A stretch of DNA of 64,000 bases from assembly GCA_963665325.3 (NCBI GenBank), contig CAXXWS020000002.1:1248001-1312000 (forward strand), read 5' to 3'. Position numbers and translations under genes: made by a program. The stretch's first letter is position 1, and each line of letters starts with the position of its first letter. The notes beneath the pieces are model-generated. The model was not told the origin of the DNA. It made no database searches and worked only from the letters and a program-made list of their open reading frames with translations. The stretch is from Alphaproteobacteria bacterium (lineage in GTDB: Bacteria > Pseudomonadota > Alphaproteobacteria > Bin95). This document shows, one piece after another, positions 53,232 through 63,347 of this stretch.

Positions 53232-54040
53232 CGGGACAGTCCGGGCATGTCGAGGTCGGCGGCAACCGCTTTTTCTATCGCTGGGCAGGACCCGCCGCCG
53301 GCCCGGTAGTGATGATGGCGCATGCCATGGGCACCAGCCACCGCATCTGGGACCGGCAGGTGCCGGCCGTGGCGGCCCGACACCGGCTGCTGCTCTACGA
53401 CTGGCGCGGCCACGGCGCCAGCGATGCCCCGGAGGGGCCCTATTCGCTCGACGGCTTCGTCGCCGATGCCGTCGGCATCATGGACGCGCTCGGGGTCGAG
53501 CGGGTGACATGGGTCGGCATTTCCACCGGCGGCATGATCGGGCAGGGCGTGGCTATCGGGCATCCCGACCGCGTGCGAGCGGCGGCGCTCTGCAACACGA
53601 TGGCGCGCGCGACGCCCTGGTACCGCCAATGGGTCATCGAGCGGCAGGCGGTCGTGCGCGCTTCGGGCATGGCTCCGGTGTGGGAGATGACCCACAAGCT
53701 GTGGTTCTCCGACGCTTATGCGGATGCCGCCGGACCGGACTATGCCGCCGTCCGCGATGCCTTCACGGCGACGGACATTACCGGCTATCTGGCAGGCACC
53801 TCGGCGGTTGCGGAACTCGACTATCTGGACCGGCTGGGGTCCATCTCTTGTCCGGTCCTGGTGCTGGGGGCCGGCGACGATCCGGTGACGCCGCCCGACC
53901 GGGTCGACGAGCTCCGCGACGGAATTACCGGAGCCGAACTCGTCATGCTGCCGGGCCTGCGCCATTTCTCCAATGTCGAGGCGCCGGAGGCCTTCAATGC
54001 GCCGCTGCTGGCCTTTCTCGACCGGGTCAACCGCCCATAG
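53228..54040 (+). CDS. Alpha/beta hydrolase (3-oxoadipate enol-lactonase-like)
   Basis: YDWRGHGAS, GISTGG nucleophile elbow, DPVTP, HFSNVE. Confidence 0.88.
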   Translation: MTGQSGHVEVGGNRFFYRWAGPAAGPVVMMAHAMGTSHRIWDRQVPAVAARHRLLLYDWRGHGASDAPEGPYSLDGFVADAVGIMDALGVERVTWVGISTGGMIGQGVAIGHPDRVRAAALCNTMARATPWYRQWVIERQAVVRASGMAPVWEMTHKLWFSDAYADAAGPDYAAVRDAFTATDITGYLAGTSAVAELDYLDRLGSISCPVLVLGAGDDPVTPPDRVDELRDGITGAELVMLPGLRHFSNVEAPEAFNAPLLAFLDRVNRP

Positions 54041-55388
54041 CATTGAGGGCGACGCCGAGCGCCGAGCCGAGGGCGGTCACGGCCCCGGCGCGCGCAAGAG
54101 CCCGCCGCGACAGGAGCTGTCGGCCGAACCGCGCGGCAAGGCCTGTCCAGGCCCCGTCCACCGGCGGATTGACGAATATGACGAACGCGGCGAAGGAGGG
54201 GATTGCGCCCAGGACGAAGCCAACTCCATAGGAGCCGGTCCAGGCGAGCAGCCCGCCATAGATCGCCGGGTAGATCATCATGGCGATGGAGGTGAAGGCC
54301 AGCACGCCGCCCGTTATGCCTCCGACCTGGCCTTCGGGCGCAAGGCGCGCTGTTTCCGCCAGCAGGATGCCGTGCCAACTGAGAGCCGTCATGTTGAAGA
54401 CGACGGCGACGGCGGTGATTTCCCAGAAGGTCCACTCGACGCCGTAGAGCGCGGTTGCAACTGCCGAAAGCCCGGCTACCAGCCCGATGCCCGCCATGAT
54501 GATGCGTGGCGAAACGGCGCCGCCGCCGAGCGCGCCCCAGAGGATGCGCGCCCAGACAGCAGAGAACGATGCGATGGCGAAGGCGGAGCCGGCTTCGGCT
54601 TCCGAATAGTCCAGCCCGTCGATGAGGTAGAGGATGAAGAAGCCGGAAAAGATCGATTGCAGGCCACCGAACGCGAATGCCGCGAAGGACAGGTCGCGGA
54701 GCGGACGGATCGCCAGCACCGTCTTCAGCGTTGCCGGCAGGTCGCTGAAGGCGATCTTCATGTCGGGCCGGCGGTCGGCGTCGAAGAAGCTCCGGACCGG
54801 CTCCAGCGACACCATGACGGCGAAGACGATCAGGCAGGTGATGAACGAGGCGCCGTAAGGGCCTAACCGGACGGAGACGCCGAGCGTGTCCGAATAGAAG
54901 GCCAGCCCCAGCAGGAAGGGAATGAGCAGGCCGCCGATGAGTGCGCCGACGGGCACGCCCGTCTGCTTGATCGAGAAGACCAGCGGGGCGAGGCGCAGCG
55001 GCGTCACCCGCGCCAGGATATGGGAACTTGCGGGCGTCGAGACGGACGCGGCGCCCAGCAGCAACGCGCCAAGCGGGAACAGCCATAGCAGGCCGGACGC
55101 GGTCACCAGCAGGCTTGACCCCATCAGCAGCAGGGCGACCTGGCTCACCCGTAACGGGCCGTAACGCAGTATGAAGCCGCCGCAGCCGACCGCCGCGATA
55201 ATCGCCGCCACGTTCTGGAGGAAGAGGTAGAAGCCGAGCCAGGCCCGGGAGATGCCGAAGTCTTCGGCGATCTGGTCGGCCAGGATCGGAAGCGCGATCT
55301 GGCAGACATAGGAAAAGGCCTGCTGGACGAGCATGGCGACGGTCGCCGCCGCCATGATCGTGCGCGGGCTGAAGCGCGCGAGGTCCAT
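54027..55388 (-). CDS. MFS transporter
   Basis: 12 hydrophobic segments, TPASSHIL, FSIKQTGVPVG, RILWG. Confidence 0.88.
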   Translation of the reverse strand: MDLARFSPRTIMAAATVAMLVQQAFSYVCQIALPILADQIAEDFGISRAWLGFYLFLQNVAAIIAAVGCGGFILRYGPLRVSQVALLLMGSSLLVTASGLLWLFPLGALLLGAASVSTPASSHILARVTPLRLAPLVFSIKQTGVPVGALIGGLLIPFLLGLAFYSDTLGVSVRLGPYGASFITCLIVFAVMVSLEPVRSFFDADRRPDMKIAFSDLPATLKTVLAIRPLRDLSFAAFAFGGLQSIFSGFFILYLIDGLDYSEAEAGSAFAIASFSAVWARILWGALGGGAVSPRIIMAGIGLVAGLSAVATALYGVEWTFWEITAVAVVFNMTALSWHGILLAETARLAPEGQVGGITGGVLAFTSIAMMIYPAIYGGLLAWTGSYGVGFVLGAIPSFAAFVIFVNPPVDGAWTGLAARFGRQLLSRRALARAGAVTALGSALGVALNAMGG

Positions 55389-56455
55389 CAGCGTATGCGG
55401 ATGTTGACCGCCGCGCGCATCCCGGGCCAGACGGTCTTCTCCACCGCGGGAATGTCGATGAAAACCTGGATCTTGCGGGCTCCGCCGCGGCCGTTCGGCT
55501 CGCTGCCGCCCACGGTCGTGCGGCCGATTGCGCGCACCCGCCCCTCGAGGGTCTCGTCCGGCCAGGCGTCCAAATCGACTGCCACCGGCTGGCCGGGCCG
55601 GATATGGCGGATGTCGGACTCGTCGATGTCGGCCTCGATCCAGACCCGGTCGGGGTCGTGGATCAGGAACACAGGGTCCCCGTCCTCGACATAGGCGCCC
55701 GGATTGACATGGACCTCGTCGATGACCGCGCGGACCGGCGCGCGGATGTGCATATCCTCGAGTTGCCGGCGCGCCTGCTCCACGCCGACCGCGGTCTTGT
55801 CGATCTCCCGGTCGATGACCGCGAGCCGCGTCTGGAAGAGGCGCTCCCGCCCGGCGGTGCCCGACAGCTCTTCGGCTTCCCGCAGGTCCATGGCGATGCG
55901 GGTCTGGATATCGCGGAGCTTGCTTTCGATCTCCAGCAGTTCGTCCCGGGCCTCGTCGATACGACGCTGCGGCACGACATCCCGCCCGAGCCGCTTGTTG
56001 CGCTTGAGATTGTCCTCTGCGATCTGCTTGCGCCGCTCCAGCGTCGCCAGTTCGAGGCGCAGCAGCCGGACGGTTTCCTCCACGGTTGCGATCTTGTCGG
56101 CCAGTTCGGACTTGAACAGCGCCAGTTCCGCTTCCACCTGGCCGCGCTGGGCCTTTTGTTTTTCCAGTTCGGCTTCCAGCGCACGGAGGTCGAGCGCCGC
56201 GACAACATCGTCCATGTCGGCAAGCGGTGCGCCCTTGTCGACAATGTCTCCCTTGCGGACCCGGATCGCCGCGACGCGGGCGTTGACGCTGGAGGAAAGC
56301 AGGGTGAAATCCGCCGCAACCCGGGCATCGGGCTCATAGACATTGTGCCACCAGTGGATCGTCTCGTTGATGCCCACGGCGATCAGTGCCACCGGGACGG
56401 CAAGCAACAGGTAGCCATACGGTCGGCGGCGTTTCTTGACGGGGATATCGGCCAT
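55388..56455 (-). CDS. HlyD/EmrA family periplasmic adaptor protein
   Basis: N-terminal TM, lipoyl halves (VRKGDIVDKG / IRAPVRAVI..VNPGAYV), coiled coil, PGMRAAV. Confidence 0.88.
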   Translation of the reverse strand: MADIPVKKRRRPYGYLLLAVPVALIAVGINETIHWWHNVYEPDARVAADFTLLSSSVNARVAAIRVRKGDIVDKGAPLADMDDVVAALDLRALEAELEKQKAQRGQVEAELALFKSELADKIATVEETVRLLRLELATLERRKQIAEDNLKRNKRLGRDVVPQRRIDEARDELLEIESKLRDIQTRIAMDLREAEELSGTAGRERLFQTRLAVIDREIDKTAVGVEQARRQLEDMHIRAPVRAVIDEVHVNPGAYVEDGDPVFLIHDPDRVWIEADIDESDIRHIRPGQPVAVDLDAWPDETLEGRVRAIGRTTVGGSEPNGRGGARKIQVFIDIPAVEKTVWPGMRAAVNIRIR

Positions 56456-56553
56456 CGGCGGGGAATTATTCTATGCTGCGCGGGTGTCGCGCCTGACGGA
56501 ACCCTAGCACGGGCGGCGCGAGAAGCGAGACCGCGGGCGGAGAAACGACCCCG

Positions 56554-57408
56554 ATGACCGAAAGCGGCTGGCGCCAGGCGCCGTGGCCCGGCGGTGCGCG
56601 AATTGCGCTGTCGCTGGTGGTGAATGTCGAAGAGGGCGCGGAAGCGCGTATCGACGATGGTGACCCGTATCCCGAGCCCGTGGACGAGCTGGGCGCCAGC
56701 CCGAGGCGCGCGGTCCGCAATTACGGCAATGAGAGCAACTACGCCTACGGCATCAAGGCGGGCGCGCCCAGGGTAATGCGGCTGCTGGAGGACCGCGGGC
56801 TGAAGGCGACCTTCACGGCGGCCGCCGTGGCGCTGGAGCGCGCGCCGGAGCTTGCGTCCCGGATCGCGGCGGGGGGCCATGAGGTCTGCGCCCACGGGCA
56901 CCGCTGGGTGCATCAGTTCCGGATGGAGGAGGCACAGGAGCGGGCCTTCATAAGCGATGCCGCCGCGTCGATAGAGCGGACGACGGGCGCGCGTCCGAGC
57001 GGCTGGCTGTCGCGCTACCTGCTGACCCCGAATACGAGGCGGCTGCTGATCGAGGAAGGCTACGCCTACCATATGGACGATTATTCCGACGACCTGCCGT
57101 TCTGGCATGAGGAGCCGACGGGCCGGATCGCGGTCGTGCCCTACGCGCTCGACACCAACGACATGAAGATGTGGACCGACCCCGCCTATACGCCGGAACA
57201 ATGGTTCGACTATGCGCGGGAGAGCTTCGACCGGCTTTACCTCGAGGGCGTGAAGGGGGCGCCGAAGATGATGAGCCTCGGCGTGCATCTGCGGATTATC
57301 GGGCGCCCCGGCCGCATCGGCTGGCTGGAGCGGTTCCTCGACCATGTGCAGGAGCATGAGGGTGTGTGGGTGGCGTGTCGGCGGGACATAGCGGGCTGCC
57401 TGCCGTGA
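56554..57408 (+). CDS. Polysaccharide deacetylase family protein (PuuE allantoinase-like)
   Basis: VVNVEEGAE, ESNYAYG, HEVCAHGHRW, DDLPFW, PYALDTND, HLRIIGRPGR. Confidence 0.88.
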   Translation: MTESGWRQAPWPGGARIALSLVVNVEEGAEARIDDGDPYPEPVDELGASPRRAVRNYGNESNYAYGIKAGAPRVMRLLEDRGLKATFTAAAVALERAPELASRIAAGGHEVCAHGHRWVHQFRMEEAQERAFISDAAASIERTTGARPSGWLSRYLLTPNTRRLLIEEGYAYHMDDYSDDLPFWHEEPTGRIAVVPYALDTNDMKMWTDPAYTPEQWFDYARESFDRLYLEGVKGAPKMMSLGVHLRIIGRPGRIGWLERFLDHVQEHEGVWVACRRDIAGCLP

Positions 57409-58757
57409 GCGGGCTGTTCAGCCGGCTCGATGTGCCGGCCATGCTCCGGGACTACCCGATGGGGGCGGCCTTTCTCGATGGGCCGGCGGCACTTTCCCGC
57501 GATGCGCTGCGGGCGCTCCAGGAGCGCCGTTTCGCCCGCGTCATGGAACGCGCCTGGCAGGTGCCCTTTTACCGGGATCGCTGGGCCGCCGCGGGTATGG
57601 AGCCGGGCGACATTTCCGGTCTCGACGACCTGCCGCAGGTCCCGTCATTCTCCAAGGACGACTTGATGGCGAGCGTGGCCGCAGCCCCGCCTTTTGGAGC
57701 GTTCGACGGGCGCAGCGCGGAAAATTCCTTCGCTGTATTCCATACGACTTCGGGCACAACGGGCGTGCCGCAGCCCCTGTTCTACGGGGCCGAAGATCGC
57801 GAAATCCAGAACCTGCTGCTGGCCCGCGCCTATCGCCTGATGGGGCTGCGCGACGACGACATCGTCCACTCGGTCTATGGCTTCGGGACCGTCAATGGCG
57901 GCCATTATGTCCGCGAGGCCGTGACGCATTTCACCGACGCCTTGCTGGTGCCGGCCGGCACCGGGCGCGACATGCCGTCGGAGCAACAGGTCGAGACCAT
58001 GGCGCGGTTGGGCGCAACGGTGCTGGTCGGCTTCGGCGACTATGTCCGCCATCTTGCCGAGACGGCGCGGCGAAAGGGGCTGGCCGTTCCCCTGCGCCTC
58101 GTGCTCGGCCATTTCGGCCGCGACGACCGGCAATCGGTTTCCGACGCCTGGGGCGGGGCGGCGGTCTACGATTGGTACGGGGTGGGCGACACCGGCGTTA
58201 TCGCCGCCGAGAGCCCCAGCCGCAACGGCCTGCATATCTTCGAGGATGCGCATGTCGTGGAGGCGCTGGACCCCGAAACGGGGACACCGGTCGAGGACGG
58301 CCATGCCGGCAATCTTTGCGCCACCGTGCTCTTCAAGACCGGCATTTATCCCATAGTGCGCTTCGACACGAAGGACCTGACGGTGTTGTCGCCCCCGGAC
58401 CCGGCTTCCGGCATCGCATTCCGGCGCATGTCGGGGTTCGAGGGCCGGTCGGACAACATGGTCAAGCTGCGCGGCATCAATGTTTATCCGACGGCTGTCG
58501 GCGCGCTTCTGGCAGACAATGGGGCGCTGACCGGGGAGTATGTGTGCCGCGTGTTCCGCGTCGGCGGGCGCGAGGAAATGGCGGTTACAGTGGAGGTGCG
58601 CGAGACGAACGACCGTCTGGCGGAGGAGGTCGCCGAACGTCTGAGACGCGGCCTCGGCGTCCAGGTTGGAGTCGAACTCGCCGAGCCTGGCGGAACGGCC
58701 GCTCTCACGCAGATACGCGAACGGCAGAAGCCCCTGAGATTGATCGACGAGCGGTGA
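57405..58757 (+). CDS. Phenylacetate--CoA ligase family protein
   Basis: HTTSGTTG, DWYGVGD, RFDTKD, GRSDNMVKLRGINVYP. Confidence 0.88.
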   Translation: MSGLFSRLDVPAMLRDYPMGAAFLDGPAALSRDALRALQERRFARVMERAWQVPFYRDRWAAAGMEPGDISGLDDLPQVPSFSKDDLMASVAAAPPFGAFDGRSAENSFAVFHTTSGTTGVPQPLFYGAEDREIQNLLLARAYRLMGLRDDDIVHSVYGFGTVNGGHYVREAVTHFTDALLVPAGTGRDMPSEQQVETMARLGATVLVGFGDYVRHLAETARRKGLAVPLRLVLGHFGRDDRQSVSDAWGGAAVYDWYGVGDTGVIAAESPSRNGLHIFEDAHVVEALDPETGTPVEDGHAGNLCATVLFKTGIYPIVRFDTKDLTVLSPPDPASGIAFRRMSGFEGRSDNMVKLRGINVYPTAVGALLADNGALTGEYVCRVFRVGGREEMAVTVEVRETNDRLAEEVAERLRRGLGVQVGVELAEPGGTAALTQIRERQKPLRLIDER

Positions 58758-59992
58758 CATTCGCTCCCCAGTCGGACGGCGGTGCCGCCCGCGGAATTTA
58801 TCGCGGTTGGTGGGTCGCCGCGGGTTGCTTCGTCATGGCGTTTTACGCTTGGGGCGTCGGGTTCTACGGCCACGGTTTCTACATGGTCGTTCTGGGCCGC
58901 TCGACCGGTTGGTCGGCTGCTGTGCTGTCCAGCATGGTCGCGAGCTTCTGGCTGGCGAATGTCGTTGCCAGCCTGGCGCTCGGGCGGCTGACCGACAGAT
59001 TTGGCGCGAGCCCCGCGGTCGTTTACGGAACGCTCGCCATGGCGGCAGGCTGCTTCGGGCTGGCGGCATTCGAGGCCGGCTCCTTGGATACGCGCTGGCA
59101 GCTTTTCGCGGTCTTCGCCCTTATGGGCAGCGCGTATCCAGGTCTGGCCGCCATGGCTGTCAGCGCGTCCCTGGTCCCCTGGTTCAAGCGGAGGCTCGGT
59201 CTTGCTCTCGGTATCGCGTTGACCGGTGCGAGCGGTGGCGGTGCGGTCATGCCGCCGCTGTTGAACTGGCTCTCCGCCCGATACGGATTCGGCCCCGCCA
59301 TGACGGGGATCGGGGCTGTGCTCATCCTCTCGACATTGCCGATTGCGTTGTTTCTGGTCCGGCCGCCCAGACACCGGGAAGCAGCCAGCGAACTGGGCAC
59401 GACCGCCGCCGCCGCTGCGCGGGACAAGCCGCCGCCGGTGCGGTTCCTGGGCGACTTCCGGTTCTGGCTCATCACATCGGCCTGCAGCCTGTCGCTCGGT
59501 GCGCAGGTCGGTTTCCTGATGCACCAGATACCGCTGTTGCAGGGCGCTCTCGGGCTTTCCGGCGCGGCATTCGCGGTCAGCATCGCGGCATTGAGCGCGG
59601 CCGCCGGACGGTTTGTGCTGGGGGCATTGAGCGGCCGTTTCTCCCTGCCGGTTCTGGCCGCCGGCTGCTACCTGATCCAGGTGGTTGGGCTGCTGCTGTT
59701 GCTCGCCGGGGAACCGCCTGCCTTGCTCTTTGTCGCCTCGGCGATCGCAGGCTTCGTCATCGGATGCATCGTGATGCTGCCGCCGCTGCTGATCGTGGAC
59801 AGCTTCGGCGCGGAAGGCTACGGCACGGCATACGGGATCACAGCCGCCGCGATGTTCGTCATGGCGAGCCTGGCCACCGCCGCGAGCGGCTGGCTGTTCG
59901 AGGCGACCGGGGCTTATCGCTGGCCGCTGATCGCACTAGCGGGCCTGCATGTGCTGGCAAGCCTTCTGGTGCTGTGGCACGGTCGGCGATAA
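58754..59992 (+). CDS. MFS transporter (OFA/MCT-like)
   Basis: YRGWWV, GRLTDRFG, WFKRRLGLALGIALTGASGGG. Confidence 0.88.
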   Translation: MTFAPQSDGGAARGIYRGWWVAAGCFVMAFYAWGVGFYGHGFYMVVLGRSTGWSAAVLSSMVASFWLANVVASLALGRLTDRFGASPAVVYGTLAMAAGCFGLAAFEAGSLDTRWQLFAVFALMGSAYPGLAAMAVSASLVPWFKRRLGLALGIALTGASGGGAVMPPLLNWLSARYGFGPAMTGIGAVLILSTLPIALFLVRPPRHREAASELGTTAAAAARDKPPPVRFLGDFRFWLITSACSLSLGAQVGFLMHQIPLLQGALGLSGAAFAVSIAALSAAAGRFVLGALSGRFSLPVLAAGCYLIQVVGLLLLLAGEPPALLFVASAIAGFVIGCIVMLPPLLIVDSFGAEGYGTAYGITAAAMFVMASLATAASGWLFEATGAYRWPLIALAGLHVLASLLVLWHGRR

Positions 59993-60012
59993 CGAGCCGG
60001 CGAGACTGTTCT

Positions 60013-61263
60013 ATGAGCACCGACCTTTCCCTGTCCGAACTCCGTGAGGACTATGCCGCCGGGATTCTCGATCCGATTGCTGTCACGGAGGCTTATCTCG
60101 AACGGATCGAGCGGGAGAACCCCGACCTCAATGCCTATGTCACGGTGACGGCCGAGGCCGCGCGGGAGGGGGCGTCGGTGTCGGCGGCGCGCTGGCGGGC
60201 GGGAAAGCCGGCCTCCGCCATCGACGGCGCGCCCATCGCGGTGAAGGACAATATCGACATGGCCGGCGCCGTCACCACGAACGGCCTGCCGGGCGGCCGG
60301 CTTGCGGCGGCGGATGCGCCCGTTGTCGCGCGGCTCCGGGAAGTCGGCGCGGTGCTGCTCGGCAAGACCAATCTGCACGAGGCGGCGTTCGGCACGACAA
60401 CTTTCAACCCGCATTGGGGCATGACCCACAACCCGCATTGCGAGGGGTGGACAGCGGGCGGCTCCAGCGGCGGCTCCGGCGCCGCAGTGGCGGGCGGACT
60501 GGCGGTCGCCGCGCTCGGCTCCGACACCATGGGCTCGATACGCCTGCCGGCGGCCTATTGCGGCTGTTTCGGCCTGAAGCCGACCCAGGGCGCGGCACCG
60601 CTCGACGGCGTCGCGCCGCTCGCGCCGAGCTTCGACCATGTGGGGCCGCTGGCACGCACGGCCGAGGACGCGCTGGCCCTGCTGGAGGTTATGTCGGGCC
60701 GTCCGGCGGGTCCGGAGGGCAGCTGGCATCCGGTGCGGCTTGCGGCGTTCGACGCGGTTGCGCTGGAGCCCGAGGTGGAGGACGCCATGCCGGCGCTCGA
60801 CCTGCCGGCGTTGGACTGGCCCAGCTACGACCCTTCGGCGGCGCGCAAGGCGGCGCTGCTGGTTATTGAGGCGGAGGCCTTCGCGGCGCTCGGAATACCT
60901 GAGGGGGCGTCGGACGAATTGCGCGGCTTTCTGGACTACGGCGCGAAGCTGGCTCCGGAGCGGCTGGCGGCTACACGCGAGATGCTCCGGCCAATCCGGG
61001 AGGGCGCCGCGGAGCGCATCGGCGACGCCGTAATCATCGCGCCCGTTGCGACCTGCGGCCCGTTCCCGCGCTCGCGCAAGGCGCCCGCCAGCCAGGCCGA
61101 ATTGCTGGCATTCGCCAACCTCACCGGCCTGCCCGCGCTCGCCTTCCCCTGCGGGCGGATGGCGAACGGCATGCCCTTCGCCCTGCAGGCGATTGCGGGT
61201 CCCGGCCGGGAGGCGGCGCTGGTGGCGGCGAGCCGGGCGTTCGGGGCCGGGGTCCGGCATTGA
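60013..61263 (+). CDS. Amidase signature family protein
   Basis: GAPIAVKD, GKTNLHE, AGGSSGGSG, GSDTMGSIRLP. Confidence 0.9.
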   Translation: MSTDLSLSELREDYAAGILDPIAVTEAYLERIERENPDLNAYVTVTAEAAREGASVSAARWRAGKPASAIDGAPIAVKDNIDMAGAVTTNGLPGGRLAAADAPVVARLREVGAVLLGKTNLHEAAFGTTTFNPHWGMTHNPHCEGWTAGGSSGGSGAAVAGGLAVAALGSDTMGSIRLPAAYCGCFGLKPTQGAAPLDGVAPLAPSFDHVGPLARTAEDALALLEVMSGRPAGPEGSWHPVRLAAFDAVALEPEVEDAMPALDLPALDWPSYDPSAARKAALLVIEAEAFAALGIPEGASDELRGFLDYGAKLAPERLAATREMLRPIREGAAERIGDAVIIAPVATCGPFPRSRKAPASQAELLAFANLTGLPALAFPCGRMANGMPFALQAIAGPGREAALVAASRAFGAGVRH

Positions 61264-61367
61264 CAGACGCGCAGCAGGGCCTTCGCGGGCTGAGAATGGG
61301 GCCTCCGGCGGCGGCGATGCCTTTGGCGTGAAGGCGCTTCGCGGGCGGCAGCGTCGAGCCGGAGAAC

Positions 61368-61571
61368 TAGAGCACGGTCTGTTCGAGTTGAAACGAAGTC
61401 GAACGCGCAGCCTCAATTGTCACCCCGGACGGAGCGGAGCGGAGATCCGGGGTCCAGACTACCGGAGCTTCACCAGGTTTCGAAGGCGGTACTGGACCCC
61501 GGCTCGGAGGCCGGGGTGACAGTTTTGGGTTCGGTTCCAGTTGCGGTTCAATTCGCTTGGATTCCGCTCTA
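61368..61571 (-). repeat. Intact REP-containing MITE (family 1) with an empty IS1111 target site
   Basis: TAGAGC...GCTCTA ends, inverted pair of GTCACCCCGG..CCGGGGTCCA palindromes, uninterrupted GGACCCCGGCTC at 61494-61505. Confidence 0.88.
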
Positions 61572-61577
61572 AATTGC

Positions 61578-62010
61578 AGTTTGTTCAAATTATCGGAAAT
61601 ATTTCTTATTTTTCGCTTGACACCGTGAACACTCATGCCTAGATGAGGCGGAAGGAAGCGGCGTCCGGAGGTCGCTTCAACTCGCACAGACGCGAAAGAG
61701 CCGGAGAAACCGACGGGAGAAGCGCGCCCGCGCCCGAACCGTCACGCGCGTGGGTGCATGCATGCGCAATCAGGCGCGCGAACCGCGCCGGCGCCACACA
61801 CCCGCCCGCTCGCGTGCGATACGCGCGAATTAGGGTTCCGCCGCAGGTCGGCCGGCGGCGGCGCATACGGAACGGAGCGGAACGCAACGCGATGGAGAAA
61901 CGGCATGCGGAATACGGACGGACGGCGATGGGACCGGAGGCGCGGCGGACCATGACAAAACATGACATTTCCGCCGGGCTTCATCACAAAACATGACAAT
62001 TCATGACATA
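61578..62010 (+). repeat. Dispersed ~430-bp non-coding element, copy B
   Basis: Homologous to 10834-11240. CATGACA/CATCACA heptamers at 61951, 61961, 61982, 61992 and 62002. Confidence 0.8.
61616..61644 (+). promoter_or_regulatory. Putative sigma70 promoter of element copy B
   Basis: CTTGAC-N17-CTAGAT with an AT-rich upstream tract. Same architecture as the rpmB promoter. Confidence 0.65.
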
Positions 62011-62120
62011 TCGAAGGGGGGCTCCCCGCCCGGATTGCCGGGAGCGGCGCCTTCGTTTGGGCATCCGCATCGGTCCGGAGTAGAATCGGCCAGGTGCGGC
62101 ACGGATGCGGGGGGTCCTGC

Positions 62121-63347
62121 GTGACGGAACGATTGCCTTTCGACGGCCTCAGGGTCATCGACTTCACCCACGTCATCGCGGGGCCGCTGGCGACCTGCCA
62201 GCTTGCGATGCTGGGCGCGGATGTCGTGAAGATCGAGCCGCCGGGCCGGGGCGACCAGCTTCGGCGCATGGGCGGCGAGCCGGATCGCGCGAAGGACGGA
62301 ATGAGCGGCGGTTTCCTCGCCATCAACGCCGGCAAGCGCTCGCTCGCGCTGGACCTGAAGCAGCCGGAAGGCCGCGATGCGGCGCTCAGGCTGGTCGCCG
62401 GGGCCGACGTGGTGACGGAGAACTTCCGCCCTGGCGTGATGGAGCGGCTGGGGCTGGGCGCGGAGGCGGTGCGGGAGCTCAACCCGCGCGCGGTCTATTG
62501 CTCGCTCTCGGGCTACGGGCGCCACCCGGACTGGGCCTGGCGTCCGGCCTACGACCACATCGTGCAGGGCGTGGCGGGCGCCATGTGGACGCAGGGCGAG
62601 GAGGGCGAGCCGCCTGCCAAGATCGGCTTCCCGATGGCCGACACGGCAGCCGGCTATGCCGCTTTCACGGCCATCTGCGTCGCGCTGATCGAGCGGAACG
62701 CTACCGGCCGGGGCCGGCATATCGATGTGTCGATGACCGCCGCCACGCTCGCCATGATGGCGACGCCGGTTTACGGCTTCCTCGCGACGGGGCGCCTGCC
62801 GGCGCGGATCGGCAACACGGCCTTCTCGGGTTCGCCGGCTTCCGGCACTTACGAGACGGCGGACGCGCCGGTGGTGCTGACCGCGAACACCGAGGCGCAG
62901 TTCCGCGGCCTCTGCGCCGCACTCGGGCTAGAGGGCCTTGCCGATGCCTCCGATCCATTGTCCTGGCGCGACCCGGACGTGGACCTCTCCCATGTGCGCG
63001 GCGCCATCGCGGCCTGCGTCCGGAAGAAGGACGCCGCCCACTGGGAGCGGGTGCTGAACGAGGCGGGCGTGCCGACCGGCAAAGTGCGCACTGTGCCGGA
63101 GGTGTTAGCGGAAGCGTGCATCGCCGAGCGCGGTTTCGTTTCCGACATCCCGGATCCGGCCCAACCTGGCGAAAGCTTCAAGGTCCACGGCGCGCCTTAC
63201 GCCTTCGACGGCGAGACCCCTGCGCCGTCGGGCCCGGTGCCGCATCTGGGCGAGCATTCGCGCGTGCTGCTCGCCGAAGCGGGCTTCGACGCTGCAGAGA
63301 TCGACGCCCTGTTCGCGGCCGGGACAGTGGAGGAGATGCAGGCATGA
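62121..63347 (+). CDS. CaiB/BaiF family III CoA transferase
   Basis: IDFTHVIAGP, LGADVVKIE, NAGKRS, ENFRPG, PAYDHIVQ, PHLGEH. Confidence 0.93.
   Translation: MTERLPFDGLRVIDFTHVIAGPLATCQLAMLGADVVKIEPPGRGDQLRRMGGEPDRAKDGMSGGFLAINAGKRSLALDLKQPEGRDAALRLVAGADVVTENFRPGVMERLGLGAEAVRELNPRAVYCSLSGYGRHPDWAWRPAYDHIVQGVAGAMWTQGEEGEPPAKIGFPMADTAAGYAAFTAICVALIERNATGRGRHIDVSMTAATLAMMATPVYGFLATGRLPARIGNTAFSGSPASGTYETADAPVVLTANTEAQFRGLCAALGLEGLADASDPLSWRDPDVDLSHVRGAIAACVRKKDAAHWERVLNEAGVPTGKVRTVPEVLAEACIAERGFVSDIPDPAQPGESFKVHGAPYAFDGETPAPSGPVPHLGEHSRVLLAEAGFDAAEIDALFAAGTVEEMQA

Noticed and set aside
61639-61996. ORFs within the dispersed element (61643-61996, 61639-61968, and 10839-11081 in copy A)
   Set aside because: Frames are not preserved between copies. 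Shared peptides such as MTKHD arise from the DNA repeats.
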